DNA of 64,000 nt from Thermoanaerobaculia bacterium (GTDB lineage: Bacteria > Acidobacteriota > Thermoanaerobaculia > UBA5066). The notes under the pieces were generated by a model. The model worked only from the letters and a program-made list of their open reading frames with translations. It ran no database searches and was not told where the DNA came from. The DNA lies in NCBI GenBank assembly GCA_963719225.1, contig CAVRAY010000002.1, positions 480,001 to 544,000 of the forward strand, written 5' to 3'. The translations under genes were made by a program, and so were the position numbers. Shown here piece by piece: positions 29,712-39,903 of the stretch (positions are counted from its first letter, which is position 1; each line of letters opens with the position of its first letter).

Positions 29712-31135
29712 GCGGCACCTCCACGAACGCGCCGCCGGGGGCGGCGCCCGGCGCGCCCGTCCTCGTCTGCGGCCTCGGGCACGTCGGCATTCGGGTCGTC
29801 GAGCTCCTCGCCCGCCTCGGCGAGCGCGCCGTCGTCATCACGCGGGAGACACGGCCCGAGTGGCGCCGCATCGCCGAGGCCGCGGGGGCGACGGTCGTCA
29901 CGGGCGACGCGCGCGACCCGGACCTGCTGCGCGCGTCGGGTCTCATGCAGGCGCGCGCCCTCCTCGCCGTGACCGACCACGACCCGGTCAACCTCGAGAT
30001 CGCGCTCGACGCGTCGCGCGTGCGCCCGGACCTCCCCGTCGTCGCGCGCCTCTTCGACCAGAATCTCGCGCAGCAGCTCGAGGCGAGCGGCGCCGTCCGG
30101 CGCGCGCTCTCGGTCTCGGCCCTCGCGGCGCCGGCGTTCGCGGGTGCGGCGCTCGGGGAGTCGGTCCTCGCGTCCTTCACGATCGACGGCAAGCTCGACG
30201 TCGTCGTGCGGGAAGGCGAGGACCTCCTCGTCTTCGAGGAGCTCGAGGCGAAGAAGCGTTTCGAGCTGCACGTCGAGGCCTCCCAGGTCGCGGCCCGCCG
30301 CGGGCCCGCCTCAGGCCTTCTCCGCGTCTGGAAGAGCGCACCGCTCGGGCTGCGGTACGTCTTCGCCGCGCTCGTCGCGCTCACGGCGCTCTCCGTCTTC
30401 GTCTTCTCGTGGGCGATGGACCTCGGCCTCGTGGACGCGTTCTACTTCGTCGTCACGACGGTCACGACCGTGGGCTACGGCGACATCACGCCGCTCAAGG
30501 CCGCGCCGGCGCTGAAGCTCTACACCTCTTTCCTCATGGTCCTCGGCTCTGCGACGCTCGCGACGCTCACGTCCATCCTCACGGCCTTCGTCGTGACCGA
30601 GCGCTTCGAGCGCCTCCTCGGCCGGGGCCGCATCCCGGCCGGAGGCCACGTCGTCGTGATCGGCCTCGGCAACGTCGGGTCGCGCACGCTCGCGGCGCTC
30701 CAGCGAGCGGACGTCCCCGCCGCCGGCGTCGAGCTCGACCCCGCAGCGGCCCGCGGCGTCGCGCCGGGGACCGCCGTCGTGACGGGAGACGCCCGCCAGG
30801 CCGGCATTCTCGAGCAGGCCCATGTGGCCACGGCGCGCGCCGTCGTCGCCGTCACCGGTGACGACGCCGTCAATCTCGGCGTCGCGCTCCTCGCCGAGAA
30901 GCTCAACCCGAAGATCCGCACCGTCGTGCGGCTCTTCGACGCGGGCCTCGCCGAGAAGGTGCAGGCCGCTCTCGACGTGGACGTCGCGATGGGCGCCGCG
31001 CGCGTCGCCGCGCCGATGTTCGTGGCGGCGGCGCTGGAGGACGGCGTCGCCGCAGCCGTCGTCTCCGGCGGCGCGCTCCACGTCCTGAAGAGGAGCGCGT
31101 CCGGCCTCGCCTGGACGAAGCGAGCGCTGAACTGA
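29708..31135 (+). CDS. Potassium channel with two RCK (TrkA-N) domains
   Basis: VCGLGHVG and VIGLGNVG Rossmann motifs flanking a 2TM pore with TTVGYGD filter. Confidence 0.9.
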   Translation: MSGTSTNAPPGAAPGAPVLVCGLGHVGIRVVELLARLGERAVVITRETRPEWRRIAEAAGATVVTGDARDPDLLRASGLMQARALLAVTDHDPVNLEIALDASRVRPDLPVVARLFDQNLAQQLEASGAVRRALSVSALAAPAFAGAALGESVLASFTIDGKLDVVVREGEDLLVFEELEAKKRFELHVEASQVAARRGPASGLLRVWKSAPLGLRYVFAALVALTALSVFVFSWAMDLGLVDAFYFVVTTVTTVGYGDITPLKAAPALKLYTSFLMVLGSATLATLTSILTAFVVTERFERLLGRGRIPAGGHVVVIGLGNVGSRTLAALQRADVPAAGVELDPAAARGVAPGTAVVTGDARQAGILEQAHVATARAVVAVTGDDAVNLGVALLAEKLNPKIRTVVRLFDAGLAEKVQAALDVDVAMGAARVAAPMFVAAALEDGVAAAVVSGGALHVLKRSASGLAWTKRALN

Positions 31136-31142
31136 AGACCTT

Positions 31143-32474
31143 TCAGCCTGCGATGGACGCCCGGCTCAGTTTTCGCCCGAGGACGAACAGCGGCCACCCC
31201 GTCACGAGGATCGCCGTTCCAGCGAGCGCGAGGCGCGGCTCGGTGATCGCCACGTGCGCCGCGACGGCGGCGAGCGCGAGGACGTAGAGCGCGGGGAGGA
31301 CGGGGAACCCCGGGATCCGGAACGTGCCGGTGCCGCCCTCGCCGCGTTTCCTCAGGACGAACAGAGTCGAGGAGACGACGACGAGCGTCAGCATGTCCGT
31401 GAAGATCACGTAGTTGAGGAGCTTCTCGAAAGAGCCGAGGAGGAACGCAGGCACGAGCATCGTCGCGCCGAAGAGGAGGAGCCCGGCCATCGACACCTGC
31501 GTCCGTGGCGCGACGCGCAGGAAGACGCGCGGCAGAACGCCGTCCTCGGCCATCGCGTAATAGCTCCGCGGCATCTGGAGGACAGTCGCGTTCACGAAGC
31601 CGGCCGCCGAGAGGAAGATCAGCGCCGACACCACGGCTTCCCCGACTCCCCCGAGGCTCACCCGCGCGAGGGCGGCCGCGACGAGCTTCGACTCCGCGAC
31701 GCCGCCCGCCCCGAGAGACCTGACGTACGCGAAGTTCAGGACGAGGTAGAGCCCGACGACGGTGAGCATTCCCGCCGTCACGGCGATCGGAAAGCGCCGC
31801 CTCGCGTCCTTCACGTCCGCGCCGAGGTTCATCGTCATGTGGTACCCGCCGTACGCGTAGAAGACGGGGATCAGCGCGGCGGCGAGGCCGGCCGGAACGG
31901 CGGACGGAGCGACTGCCTGTCCGGCCGCCTTCGGAGCGAGGGCGAGAGCGACGGCCGCCAGTCCCACGATCATCACGATCTTCAGCATCGAGAGAACGTT
32001 CTGCGTGCCCGCGCCCACGCGGATCCCGAGGCCGTTCAGGACGAGGAGGGCGAGCATCAGCCCCAGCGAGACCCAGAGCACGCTCCTGCCGCCGCGCGGC
32101 ACCGGCGGAAGGAGCAGTCCGACGAGGTATTCCGCCCCGATGAACGCGACTCCCGCCGCCCCCGCGCCCTGCATGAGCGTCTGCGCCCAGTTCAGGCTGA
32201 ACGCGAGCGCCGGGTGGTAGCAGTCGGCGACGACGCGGTAGTAGCCGCCCGCGCGCGGATGCCTCGAGCCGATCTCCGCGAACACGAGCGCCCCGACGAG
32301 GCTCACGAGGCCGCCGATTCCCCACGCGAGGAGGAAGAGGCCCTGGGTTCCCGTCGCGCGCGCCACGATCGCGGGCGTCCGGAAGATCCCGATGCCGACG
32401 ACGAGGCTCACGACGACCATCGCCGTGTCGAACGTCCCGAGCCTGGCGTCGATCTTCTCGGAGTCCGCCTTCAC
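31143..32474 (-). CDS. APC family amino acid permease
   Basis: VVGIGIFRTP, AEIGSRHPRAGGYY, YAYGGY, about 12 hydrophobic segments. Confidence 0.92.
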   Translation of the reverse strand: MKADSEKIDARLGTFDTAMVVVSLVVGIGIFRTPAIVARATGTQGLFLLAWGIGGLVSLVGALVFAEIGSRHPRAGGYYRVVADCYHPALAFSLNWAQTLMQGAGAAGVAFIGAEYLVGLLLPPVPRGGRSVLWVSLGLMLALLVLNGLGIRVGAGTQNVLSMLKIVMIVGLAAVALALAPKAAGQAVAPSAVPAGLAAALIPVFYAYGGYHMTMNLGADVKDARRRFPIAVTAGMLTVVGLYLVLNFAYVRSLGAGGVAESKLVAAALARVSLGGVGEAVVSALIFLSAAGFVNATVLQMPRSYYAMAEDGVLPRVFLRVAPRTQVSMAGLLLFGATMLVPAFLLGSFEKLLNYVIFTDMLTLVVVSSTLFVLRKRGEGGTGTFRIPGFPVLPALYVLALAAVAAHVAITEPRLALAGTAILVTGWPLFVLGRKLSRASIAG

Positions 32475-33643
32475 TTCAGGGCCTCGACGAGGAGACCCGC
32501 GAGCCTGACGTACTGCTCCTCGGTGTTGTAGAGCTGCGCGGAGACGCGCACGAGCTTTCCGCGGCCGGCCGGCCAGTCGTAGAACCACGGCTCGGCGCCG
32601 CGCACGCGCATCCAGTCCGCGAGCGCCTCCCGCCCGAGCTTCCGGGCGGGAGTCGTCGGCCCGGAGACGGGCAACGGCACCGACGCCATCGAGCCGAGCA
32701 TCGATTCGGGCGCGGGCGCCGGAATGCCGAGGGTCGCGCAGATCGCCGCGCGCGCCTTCAGCGCGAGCGCATGGTTCGTCGCCATCAGCTCCGGCCAGCC
32801 GCCGGGCAGAAGGCCGCCGAGATACGCGATGCAGTCGGGGATGCAGAGAGCGGCCGTGGGATCGGCCGTGCCCGTCCAGTCGAACTCGTCCTTGAAACGC
32901 GTCTCGCCTCCGGCATAGCCGTGGCTGATCGAGACGGGATGCAGGCCCTTCTGCCGGTCCTTGCGCACGTGCAGAAACGCGGCGCCCTTCGGCGCGCAGA
33001 GCCACTTGTGGGCGTTCGCCGTGTAGTACGCCGCGCCGAGGCGCCCGAGATCGAGCGGAACCATCGCGAGCGCGTGCGCGCCGTCCACGAGCGTGTCCAC
33101 GCCGCGCGCGGAGAGCTCGGCGACGAGCCGCCCGATCGGGAAGACGAGCGCCGTCGGGCTTGTGACGTGATCCAGCATCGCGAGGCGCGTGTGAGGCGTG
33201 ACGCGCGAGAGAACGCCGGAAACGACCTCCTCCTCGGAACGCAGCGGAAAAGGAATCTCCGCCACCACGACGCGCGCGCCCGTCCGGGATGCCGCGTAGT
33301 CGAGCGTCTTCCTGCACGCGGCGTAGGCGTGGTCCGTCGTGAGGAGCTCGTCGCCGGGAGAGAACGGGAGCGAGCGGACGACCGCGTTGACGCCCGCCGT
33401 CGCGTTCGGGACGAAAGCGAGATCCTCGCCGTCCGCACCCACGAACGCCGCCAGCGCCCCGCGCGCGCCGGCGACCAGCTCCGGAAGCTCGCGGATGAAG
33501 AAGTCCACCGGCTCCCTCTCGAGCCGGCTCCTGAGCTCCGACTGCTTCGCGAGGATCGCCTTCGGGCACGCCCCGAACGAGCCGTGGTTCAGGTAGTCGA
33601 CCGCCGGGTCGAGGAGCCAAAGATCGGCCCAGGGATTCGTCAC
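32471..33643 (-). CDS. Class V PLP aminotransferase (isopenicillin N epimerase/cysteine lyase-like)
   Basis: YLNHGSFGACP, NATAGVN, VDGAH, NAHKWL, VRVSAQLYN. Confidence 0.92.
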   Translation of the reverse strand: MTNPWADLWLLDPAVDYLNHGSFGACPKAILAKQSELRSRLEREPVDFFIRELPELVAGARGALAAFVGADGEDLAFVPNATAGVNAVVRSLPFSPGDELLTTDHAYAACRKTLDYAASRTGARVVVAEIPFPLRSEEEVVSGVLSRVTPHTRLAMLDHVTSPTALVFPIGRLVAELSARGVDTLVDGAHALAMVPLDLGRLGAAYYTANAHKWLCAPKGAAFLHVRKDRQKGLHPVSISHGYAGGETRFKDEFDWTGTADPTAALCIPDCIAYLGGLLPGGWPELMATNHALALKARAAICATLGIPAPAPESMLGSMASVPLPVSGPTTPARKLGREALADWMRVRGAEPWFYDWPAGRGKLVRVSAQLYNTEEQYVRLAGLLVEALK

Positions 33644-34800
33644 TGCTCGAGAACTCCGAGGATGCCGCGGGCCACGAAGACGCGGTTGCGCCCCCGCCCC
33701 GTGACCTCCGCGACGACGCCGGACTGAACGAGCTTCATGACGTTCAGCGTGGCGGCGCGGTGCGTGATCTTCAGCCGCTTCGCGGCCTGGGGGATCGTCA
33801 GGACAGGTGCCTCGAGGAGACCGTCCACGAGCTTCAGGAGCAGAGCCGACGACCGGGCGGACTCGAACTGCGCCCGATAGCGCTGGCGGAGGTCGAGGAG
33901 CGCTTTCGCGCGCCGGATCGCGTCGTGCGATTGCTCCTCGACGCCGGTCAGGAAGAACTCGATCCAGCGAGTCCAGGCTCCCTTGCGGCTCACGTCGAGC
34001 AGCAGCCGGTAGTAGTCCTTTCGCCGGCGCTCGAAGAACGCGCTGAGAGAAAGGAGAGGCTGGGCCAGGAGCCCCTCGCTCTGGAGAAGAAGGGAGATCA
34101 GGAGCCGTCCGACGCGGCCGTTCCCGTCGATGAACGGATGAATCGCCTCGAACTGGTAATGGACGAGCGCGATGCGGACGAGCGGCGGGAGCTCGGACGA
34201 GGCGTGTACGAACGACTCGAGGTCGCGGAGGCATCGCTCCATCGCGGCGACCGGCGGAGGCACGAAGACCGCATCGTCGAGCGGCGATTCCGGCGGGCCG
34301 ATCCAGTTCTGTCGCCTTCGAAACTCGCCCGGCGTCACGCCGGCTCCGCCGATTCCCTTCATCAGGCGCGCGTGAAGCTCCCGGAGGAGGCGGAGGCTCA
34401 CCGGGAGCGTCTCGAGGCGCGCGAGCCCGTCGTCGAGCGCCGCCACGTAATTCGCGACCTCACGGACGTCTTCCGGCGGGGTCGCGTCCGAGGATTTCGC
34501 GAACGCGGGACCGGACTCGAAGAAGAACAGGTCGGAAAGCGATGCCTGGGTGCCCTCGATCTGGCTCGAAAGAACGGCCTCGCGCCTGACGAGGGGCGCC
34601 ACGAGGAGCTGCGGGTTCGGCAACGTGCGCGCGGCGCCGGCCAGCTCGGCAAGCGCGCGGTCGGCACGCGAGACGGCCGAGCTCAGCGCCCACGTGGGCG
34701 CGAGTGGCGGCGGCAGCGGCCGCGGGACGAAGGCTTCGTAACCAACGGCGATGCGGACGAGCCGGCCCCAGCTGTCGGCCGAGAAATCGGAGGCTTTCAT
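33640..34800 (-). CDS. Fic family protein with C-terminal HTH
   Basis: HPFIDGNGRVGR catalytic loop, SSQIEG autoinhibitory motif, C-terminal wHTH (TGRGRNRVF). Confidence 0.93.
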   Translation of the reverse strand: MKASDFSADSWGRLVRIAVGYEAFVPRPLPPPLAPTWALSSAVSRADRALAELAGAARTLPNPQLLVAPLVRREAVLSSQIEGTQASLSDLFFFESGPAFAKSSDATPPEDVREVANYVAALDDGLARLETLPVSLRLLRELHARLMKGIGGAGVTPGEFRRRQNWIGPPESPLDDAVFVPPPVAAMERCLRDLESFVHASSELPPLVRIALVHYQFEAIHPFIDGNGRVGRLLISLLLQSEGLLAQPLLSLSAFFERRRKDYYRLLLDVSRKGAWTRWIEFFLTGVEEQSHDAIRRAKALLDLRQRYRAQFESARSSALLLKLVDGLLEAPVLTIPQAAKRLKITHRAATLNVMKLVQSGVVAEVTGRGRNRVFVARGILGVLEQ

Positions 34801-34834
34801 TCCTGCGATACCTTGTTACGACCCGCTCATGGTA

Positions 34835-34862
34835 ATGATACTTTAGGCGGTAAAAGTATCAT
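34835..34862. promoter_or_regulatory. Putative operator upstream of fic
   Basis: Perfect 10-bp inverted repeat ATGATACTTT-N8-AAAGTATCAT, AT-rich in a GC-rich background. Confidence 0.6.
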
Positions 34863-34940
34863 AACGCTGCCCTCAACGTCATCGGGCATTCCTGATGACA
34901 TCTCCGGGGGTCCTTCCAAGAATGTAATCTGACCTCGGGT

Positions 34941-36289
34941 ATGAAGGCCGGAGCGTTCGCCCTCGTTCTCTCGCTTGCCGCCGTTGCCGGCGCACGGACC
35001 TTGCCTGCGCCCGTCGACCGCGCGGAGATGGCGCGGAGGGTCCGGGCCGAGATGCTCCATGCGTGGAAAGGCTACGAGGCGTACGCCTGGGGCCACGACG
35101 AGCTCAAGCCCCTGAGCGGGACAGCGCACGACTGGTACGGCCCGTCGCTCTTCATGACGCCCGTCGACGCGCTCGACACGCTCCTCCTCATGGGCCTCAC
35201 CGATGAGGCCGACAAGGCGAAGGCCCTCGTCCTCGCGAAGCTCGATTTCGACCGCGACATCTCCGTCAAGAACTTCGAGATCACGATCCGGCTCCTCGGG
35301 GGGCTGCTTTCGAGCTACCAGCTCACGGGTGACGCGCGGCTCCTCGCGCTGGCGGACGACCTTGGCAGGCGGCTGCTGCCCGCCTTCGACTCCCCGACGG
35401 GCATGCCATACGTGAACGTGAACCTAAGACGGGAAAGGCGAGCGGCAGGGTCTCCAACCCCGCCGAGATCGGGACGCTTCTCCTCGAGCTCGGCACGCTC
35501 TCGAAGCTCACGAGAAAGCCCGTCTATTACGACAAGGCGAAACACGCGCTCGTGACGCTCTACGGCCGGCGCTCGACTCTCGGCCTCGTCGGCGAGGAGA
35601 TCGACGTCGAGACGGGCGAGTGGAAGAGCCGGCAGAGCCACGTGGGCGGCGGCATCGATTCGTACTACGAGTACCTCCTCAAATGCGCGCGTCTCTTCGG
35701 CGACAAGGAATGCGACACGATGTGGAGGGACAGCGTTCGCGCCCTGAACACCCGCCTCGCCGACGACACGCGAAAGGGCCTGTGGTACGGGCAGGTCGAC
35801 ATGGAGACCGGCCGGCGGACCGCGTCCGAGTTCGGGGCCCTCCACGCGTTCCTCCCCGGGGTCCTCGCGCTGTCCGGCGATCTCGGGAGGCGCCCGCCGC
35901 CTCCAGGAGTCGTGCTTCAGGATGTGGACCCTTCACGGCATCGAGCCCGAGGTCCTCGACTACCGGGCGATGAAGGTCCTCGGCGCGGGCTACCAGCTCC
36001 GGCCCGAGATCATCGAGTCGGCGTACACCTCCATCGCGTCACGAAGGACCGGCGGTACCTCGAGATGGGCAGGACGTTCTTCGAAAGCCTCGTGAAGCAC
36101 TGCCGCACCGAGCGCGGCTACACGACGCTGAAGAGCGTCGTCACGAAGGAGAAGGGCGACCTCATGCCCAGCTACTTCCTCGCCGAAACGCTCAAGTACC
36201 TCTACCTTCTTTTCGCTCCCGACGAGACGCTCGACTTCGGCACCGTCGTCTTCAACACCGAGGCCCATCCCCTGAAACGGACGTGGTGA
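34941..36289 (+). CDS. GH47 alpha-1,2-mannosidase (frameshifts near 35426, 35890, 36025)
   Basis: HAWKGYEAYAWGHDELKP, FEITIRLLGGLLS, DSYYEYLLK, LRPEIIES, SYFLAETLKYLYL, FNTEAHP. Confidence 0.9.
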
Positions 36290-36338
36290 CCGAACCGTAC
36301 GTCTCGTGAAATACTCCCGCACCCCCACGGGAAGTTCC

Positions 36339-39226
36339 ATGAAGAGAGTCCTCGCCAGCCTCGTCCTCCTCGCGGCCGCGTCGCTCGCGCCCGCGAACGA
36401 CATGCTCGTGTCGACCGACTGGCTCGCCGAGCACCGGGGCGAGGAGAACCTCGTCCTCCTGCACGTCGGGGTGCCCGCCGACTTCGAGAAGGAGCACATT
36501 CCCGGCGCGATCCCCGTGAACCCGCAGGACCTCTCGTTCCCGCGCTCCGAGGGCGCTCTCGTCCTCCAGCTCCTTCCTCCCGACCAGCTCCGCGCGAAGC
36601 TCGAGGGCTACGGCATCGGCGACGACTCGCGCATCGTCGTCTACTTCGCGAAGGACTGGGTCTCGCCGACCACGCGCGTCTACTTCAGCCTCGATGCGGC
36701 CGGCCTCGGCGCGAGGACCTCCATTCTCGACGGGGGCATGCCGGCGTGGAAAGCCGAGGGCGGAACGGTCGTCGCGTCGGTGAACGACCCCGCGTCGGCC
36801 ATCCAGAGGAAGCCCGGGAAGATCACGGCCCGGCCGCATCCCGAGCTCGTGGTCGATCTCGAATACGTGAAGGCGAATCTCGGCACGCCCGGCGTCACGC
36901 TCGTCGACGCGCGCAACACGAGGTTCTTCCTCGGCACCGAGGCGGGCGCGATGCCGCGCGCCGGCCACATCCCAGGCGCGAAGAGCCTGCCGTTCGACAC
37001 CCTCGTCACCGACGACGACCGGATGAAGAGCCCCGCCGACACGGCGAGGCTGCTGGCGGCCGCGGGCGTCAAACCGGGCGACACCGTCGTGAGCTATTGC
37101 CACATCGGGCAGCAGGCCAGCGTCGTGTACTTCGCGGCCAAGCGCCTCGGCTACAAGGCGCGCCTGTACGACGGCTCGTGGGACGAGTGGAGCCGGAAGA
37201 GCGAGCTGCCGATCGAGAAGAACGGCTCGAGCTCCCCGGTCGCCGCCGCTTCCGCAGCCGCGGCGCCTCAGCCGATGCCGGCGGCGCCCGCGCCCGTTCC
37301 CGAGCGCGTCGCCGCCGACACGCCGAAGACGACGCCCGGCGGCACGCAACTTCAAGGCGCCCGCCGGCTGGACGATCACGACGAAGGGCCCGATGGTCGT
37401 CCTCGAGCCGCCGGAACCCGACATGCACGTCGCGATCGTGGACGTCGAGGCGAAGGACGCCGACGCCGCGGTCGCCGCGGGCTGGGCCGCCTTCCAGCCG
37501 GACTTCAAGCGGCCCTTGAAGATCGCGCAGCCCGCGGCGGCGCGCGACGGCTGGGACGAACGGCGCGGCTACGTCTACGAGACCTCGCCGAACGAAAAGC
37601 TGACCGTCTTCGCCCTCGCCTGGCGCGCCGGCAAGGTCTGGACCGTGACGCTCGTCGACGCCGCCGACGCGACGATGGAAAAGCGCGGCGGACCGGTCTC
37701 GCTGATCGTGAGCAGCCTGCGACCGAAGGGCTACGCGCGCGAGACGTTCGCGGGAAAGAAGGCGCACCCGGTCGACGCGAAGATGATCGCGGCTCTGAAG
37801 GACTTTCTCTCGACGGGGATGAAGCTCTTCGACGTTCCCGGCGTCGGCTTCAGCCTCATCGACGGCGGGAAGGTCGTCACCGAGGGCGGGCTCGGCGTCA
37901 AGGATCTGGGGGTGCCGGACCCGGTGAACGCGAACACGCTCTTCGCGATCGCGTCGAACACGAAGGCGCTCACGACGCTCCTCCTCGCGGAGCTCGTCGA
38001 CGAGAAGAAGCTGCGCTGGGACGAGCCCGTCACGGAGGCCTACCCCGCGTTCAAGCTCGGCGACGCCGCGACGACGAAGCACGTCCTCGTCGAGCACCTC
38101 ATCTGCGCCTGCACCGGCATGCCGCGCCAGGACTACGAGTGGCTCTTCGAGTTCGCGAACGCGACGCCGGCGTCGGCGCTCGGCGATGCTCGGCTCCATG
38201 CAGCCGACGAGCAAGTTCGGCGAGGTCTTCCAGTACAGCAACCTCATGGCGGCGGCGGCTGGATACGTCGGCGGCTCGATCGCGTATCCCGGCAAGGAGC
38301 TCGGTGCCGCGTACGACAAGGCGATGCAGAAGAGGGTCTTCGGCCCGCTCGGCATGAAGCACACGACGTTCGACTTCAAGAGGGCCCTGAGAGGCGACGT
38401 CGCGCAGCCGCACGGCGAAGACGTGGACGGCAACCCGGCGCGCGCGCGGATGGACCCGAACAAGTCGCTCGTCCCGGTGCGCCCCGCGGGCGGCGCCTTC
38501 TCGAGCGCGCACGACCTTTCGAAGTACGTGGAGATGGAGCTCGCGAAGGGCCTCCTGCCGAACGGCAAGCGGCTCGTCTCCGAGGAGAACCTCCTGGCCC
38601 GCCGCGCGCCGCACGTCATCGTCGGCGACGACGTCACGTACGGCATGGGCCTCTTCGTCGACAAGAGGTGGGGGATCCCGGTCGTGCACCACGGAGGCTC
38701 CCTCTTCGGCTACAAGAGCGACATGATCTGGCTGCCCGAGCACGGCGTCGGCGCCGTCCTTCTGACGAACTCGGATTCCGGGTACTCGCTCCTGGGCCCG
38801 TTCCAGCGCCGGCTCCTCGAGCTGCTCTTCGACGGAAAGCCCGAGGCCGAGGAGCTGCTCCGCGTCAACGCCGTCCAGAGAAAAGCCGCCATCGCGAAGG
38901 AGCGCGAGCGCCTCGTCGTCCCGGCCGACGCCGCCGAGGCCGCGAAGCTCGCGCCCCGCTACGCCAACGCCGCGCTCGGCGAGGTGATCGTGAAAAAGGG
39001 ACCTGGCGGCGCCGTCGTCTTCGACGCCGGGGAGTGGTACAGCACCGTGGCCTCCCGCAAGAACGACGACGGGACCGTCTCCTTCATCACGATCGACCCG
39101 TCGATCTCCGGCTTCGAGTTCGTCGTCGCCGACAAGGACGGCAAGCGCGCGCTCGTCGCCCGCGACGCCCAGCACGAGTACGTGTTCAACGAGCTCGAGG
39201 TCGAGAAAGGCGCGGCGAAGCAATGA
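36339..39226 (+). CDS. Exported tandem-rhodanese sulfurtransferase fused to a class C beta-lactamase-family serine hydrolase (frameshifts near 37348 and 38180)
   Basis: Signal peptide, LVSTDWL, HIPGA x2, YCHIGQQAS, YDGSWDEW; Ala/Pro linker; SNTK, YSN and HGG motifs. Confidence 0.8.
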
Positions 39227-39248
39227 GCGTGCGGGCGGCACGCCCGTT

Positions 39249-39674
39249 TCAGCGACGCCTGCCCTTCGCCCGTGCGCGCGGCCGCGGCTTCGCCTTCGTC
39301 GGGCGGGCCGCGGACGCGCCTTTCGCCGCGATCTTCTTCGCAGACTGGCGTGCCGCGACGTCCGCGTATCCCTCGAGCACGAGGCCCGCGATGACCTTCC
39401 AGTCGAGCCCGCTCTCGAGGCGGATGCCGACCCAGCCGGCCGTGCCGACATAGGGCGGCACGTAGAAGTGCTCGGGGCTCGACGTGACGAGCTCTTCCTG
39501 GGCGCCCTCCGGCAGCTTGAGCCACAGCCCGGCGAAGCCGACACCGTGGTGGTCGTCCGCGAACATCGCGAACTGCCGCTCGCCGACGCGAAAGGTCGGC
39601 GCGCTCCACGCGACCTTCTCGTACGCGCCGGGCAGCGCGAGACAGATTTTTCGGACGCGGTCGAGGAGCGTCAT
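39249..39674 (-). CDS. MmcQ/YjbR family protein
   Basis: RVRKICLALP, PTFRV, FYVPPYVG..GWVGIRL; basic C-terminal tail. Confidence 0.88.
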   Translation of the reverse strand: MTLLDRVRKICLALPGAYEKVAWSAPTFRVGERQFAMFADDHHGVGFAGLWLKLPEGAQEELVTSSPEHFYVPPYVGTAGWVGIRLESGLDWKVIAGLVLEGYADVAARQSAKKIAAKGASAARPTKAKPRPRARAKGRRR

Positions 39675-39903
39675 CGGAGGGGCAGCATAGTCGATAGAAT
39701 TCCCCTCATGAATCGCGGCCCGAAGGTTCAGCGCGTCACCGTCGCGTGACACGGCTTCCGAGGCCCACAGGCAAAGAGCTCCTCACGGTCGCGCTGCGCC
39801 CCCATCCGTCGCAAGGTCGGCCGAGGGTTTCACAAGGGAGACGTAACGCTGTCCCATCGTAGAGACGCAGCAGCGGGTACCGGGGTTGCAACATCGTTGC
39901 GAC

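Noticed and set aside
26597-31135. 1512-aa ORF joining a glycosidase N-terminus to a K+ channel
   Set aside because: Produced by the frameshift near 27201 in stop-poor GC-rich DNA; the middle is off-frame Arg/Pro-rich text.
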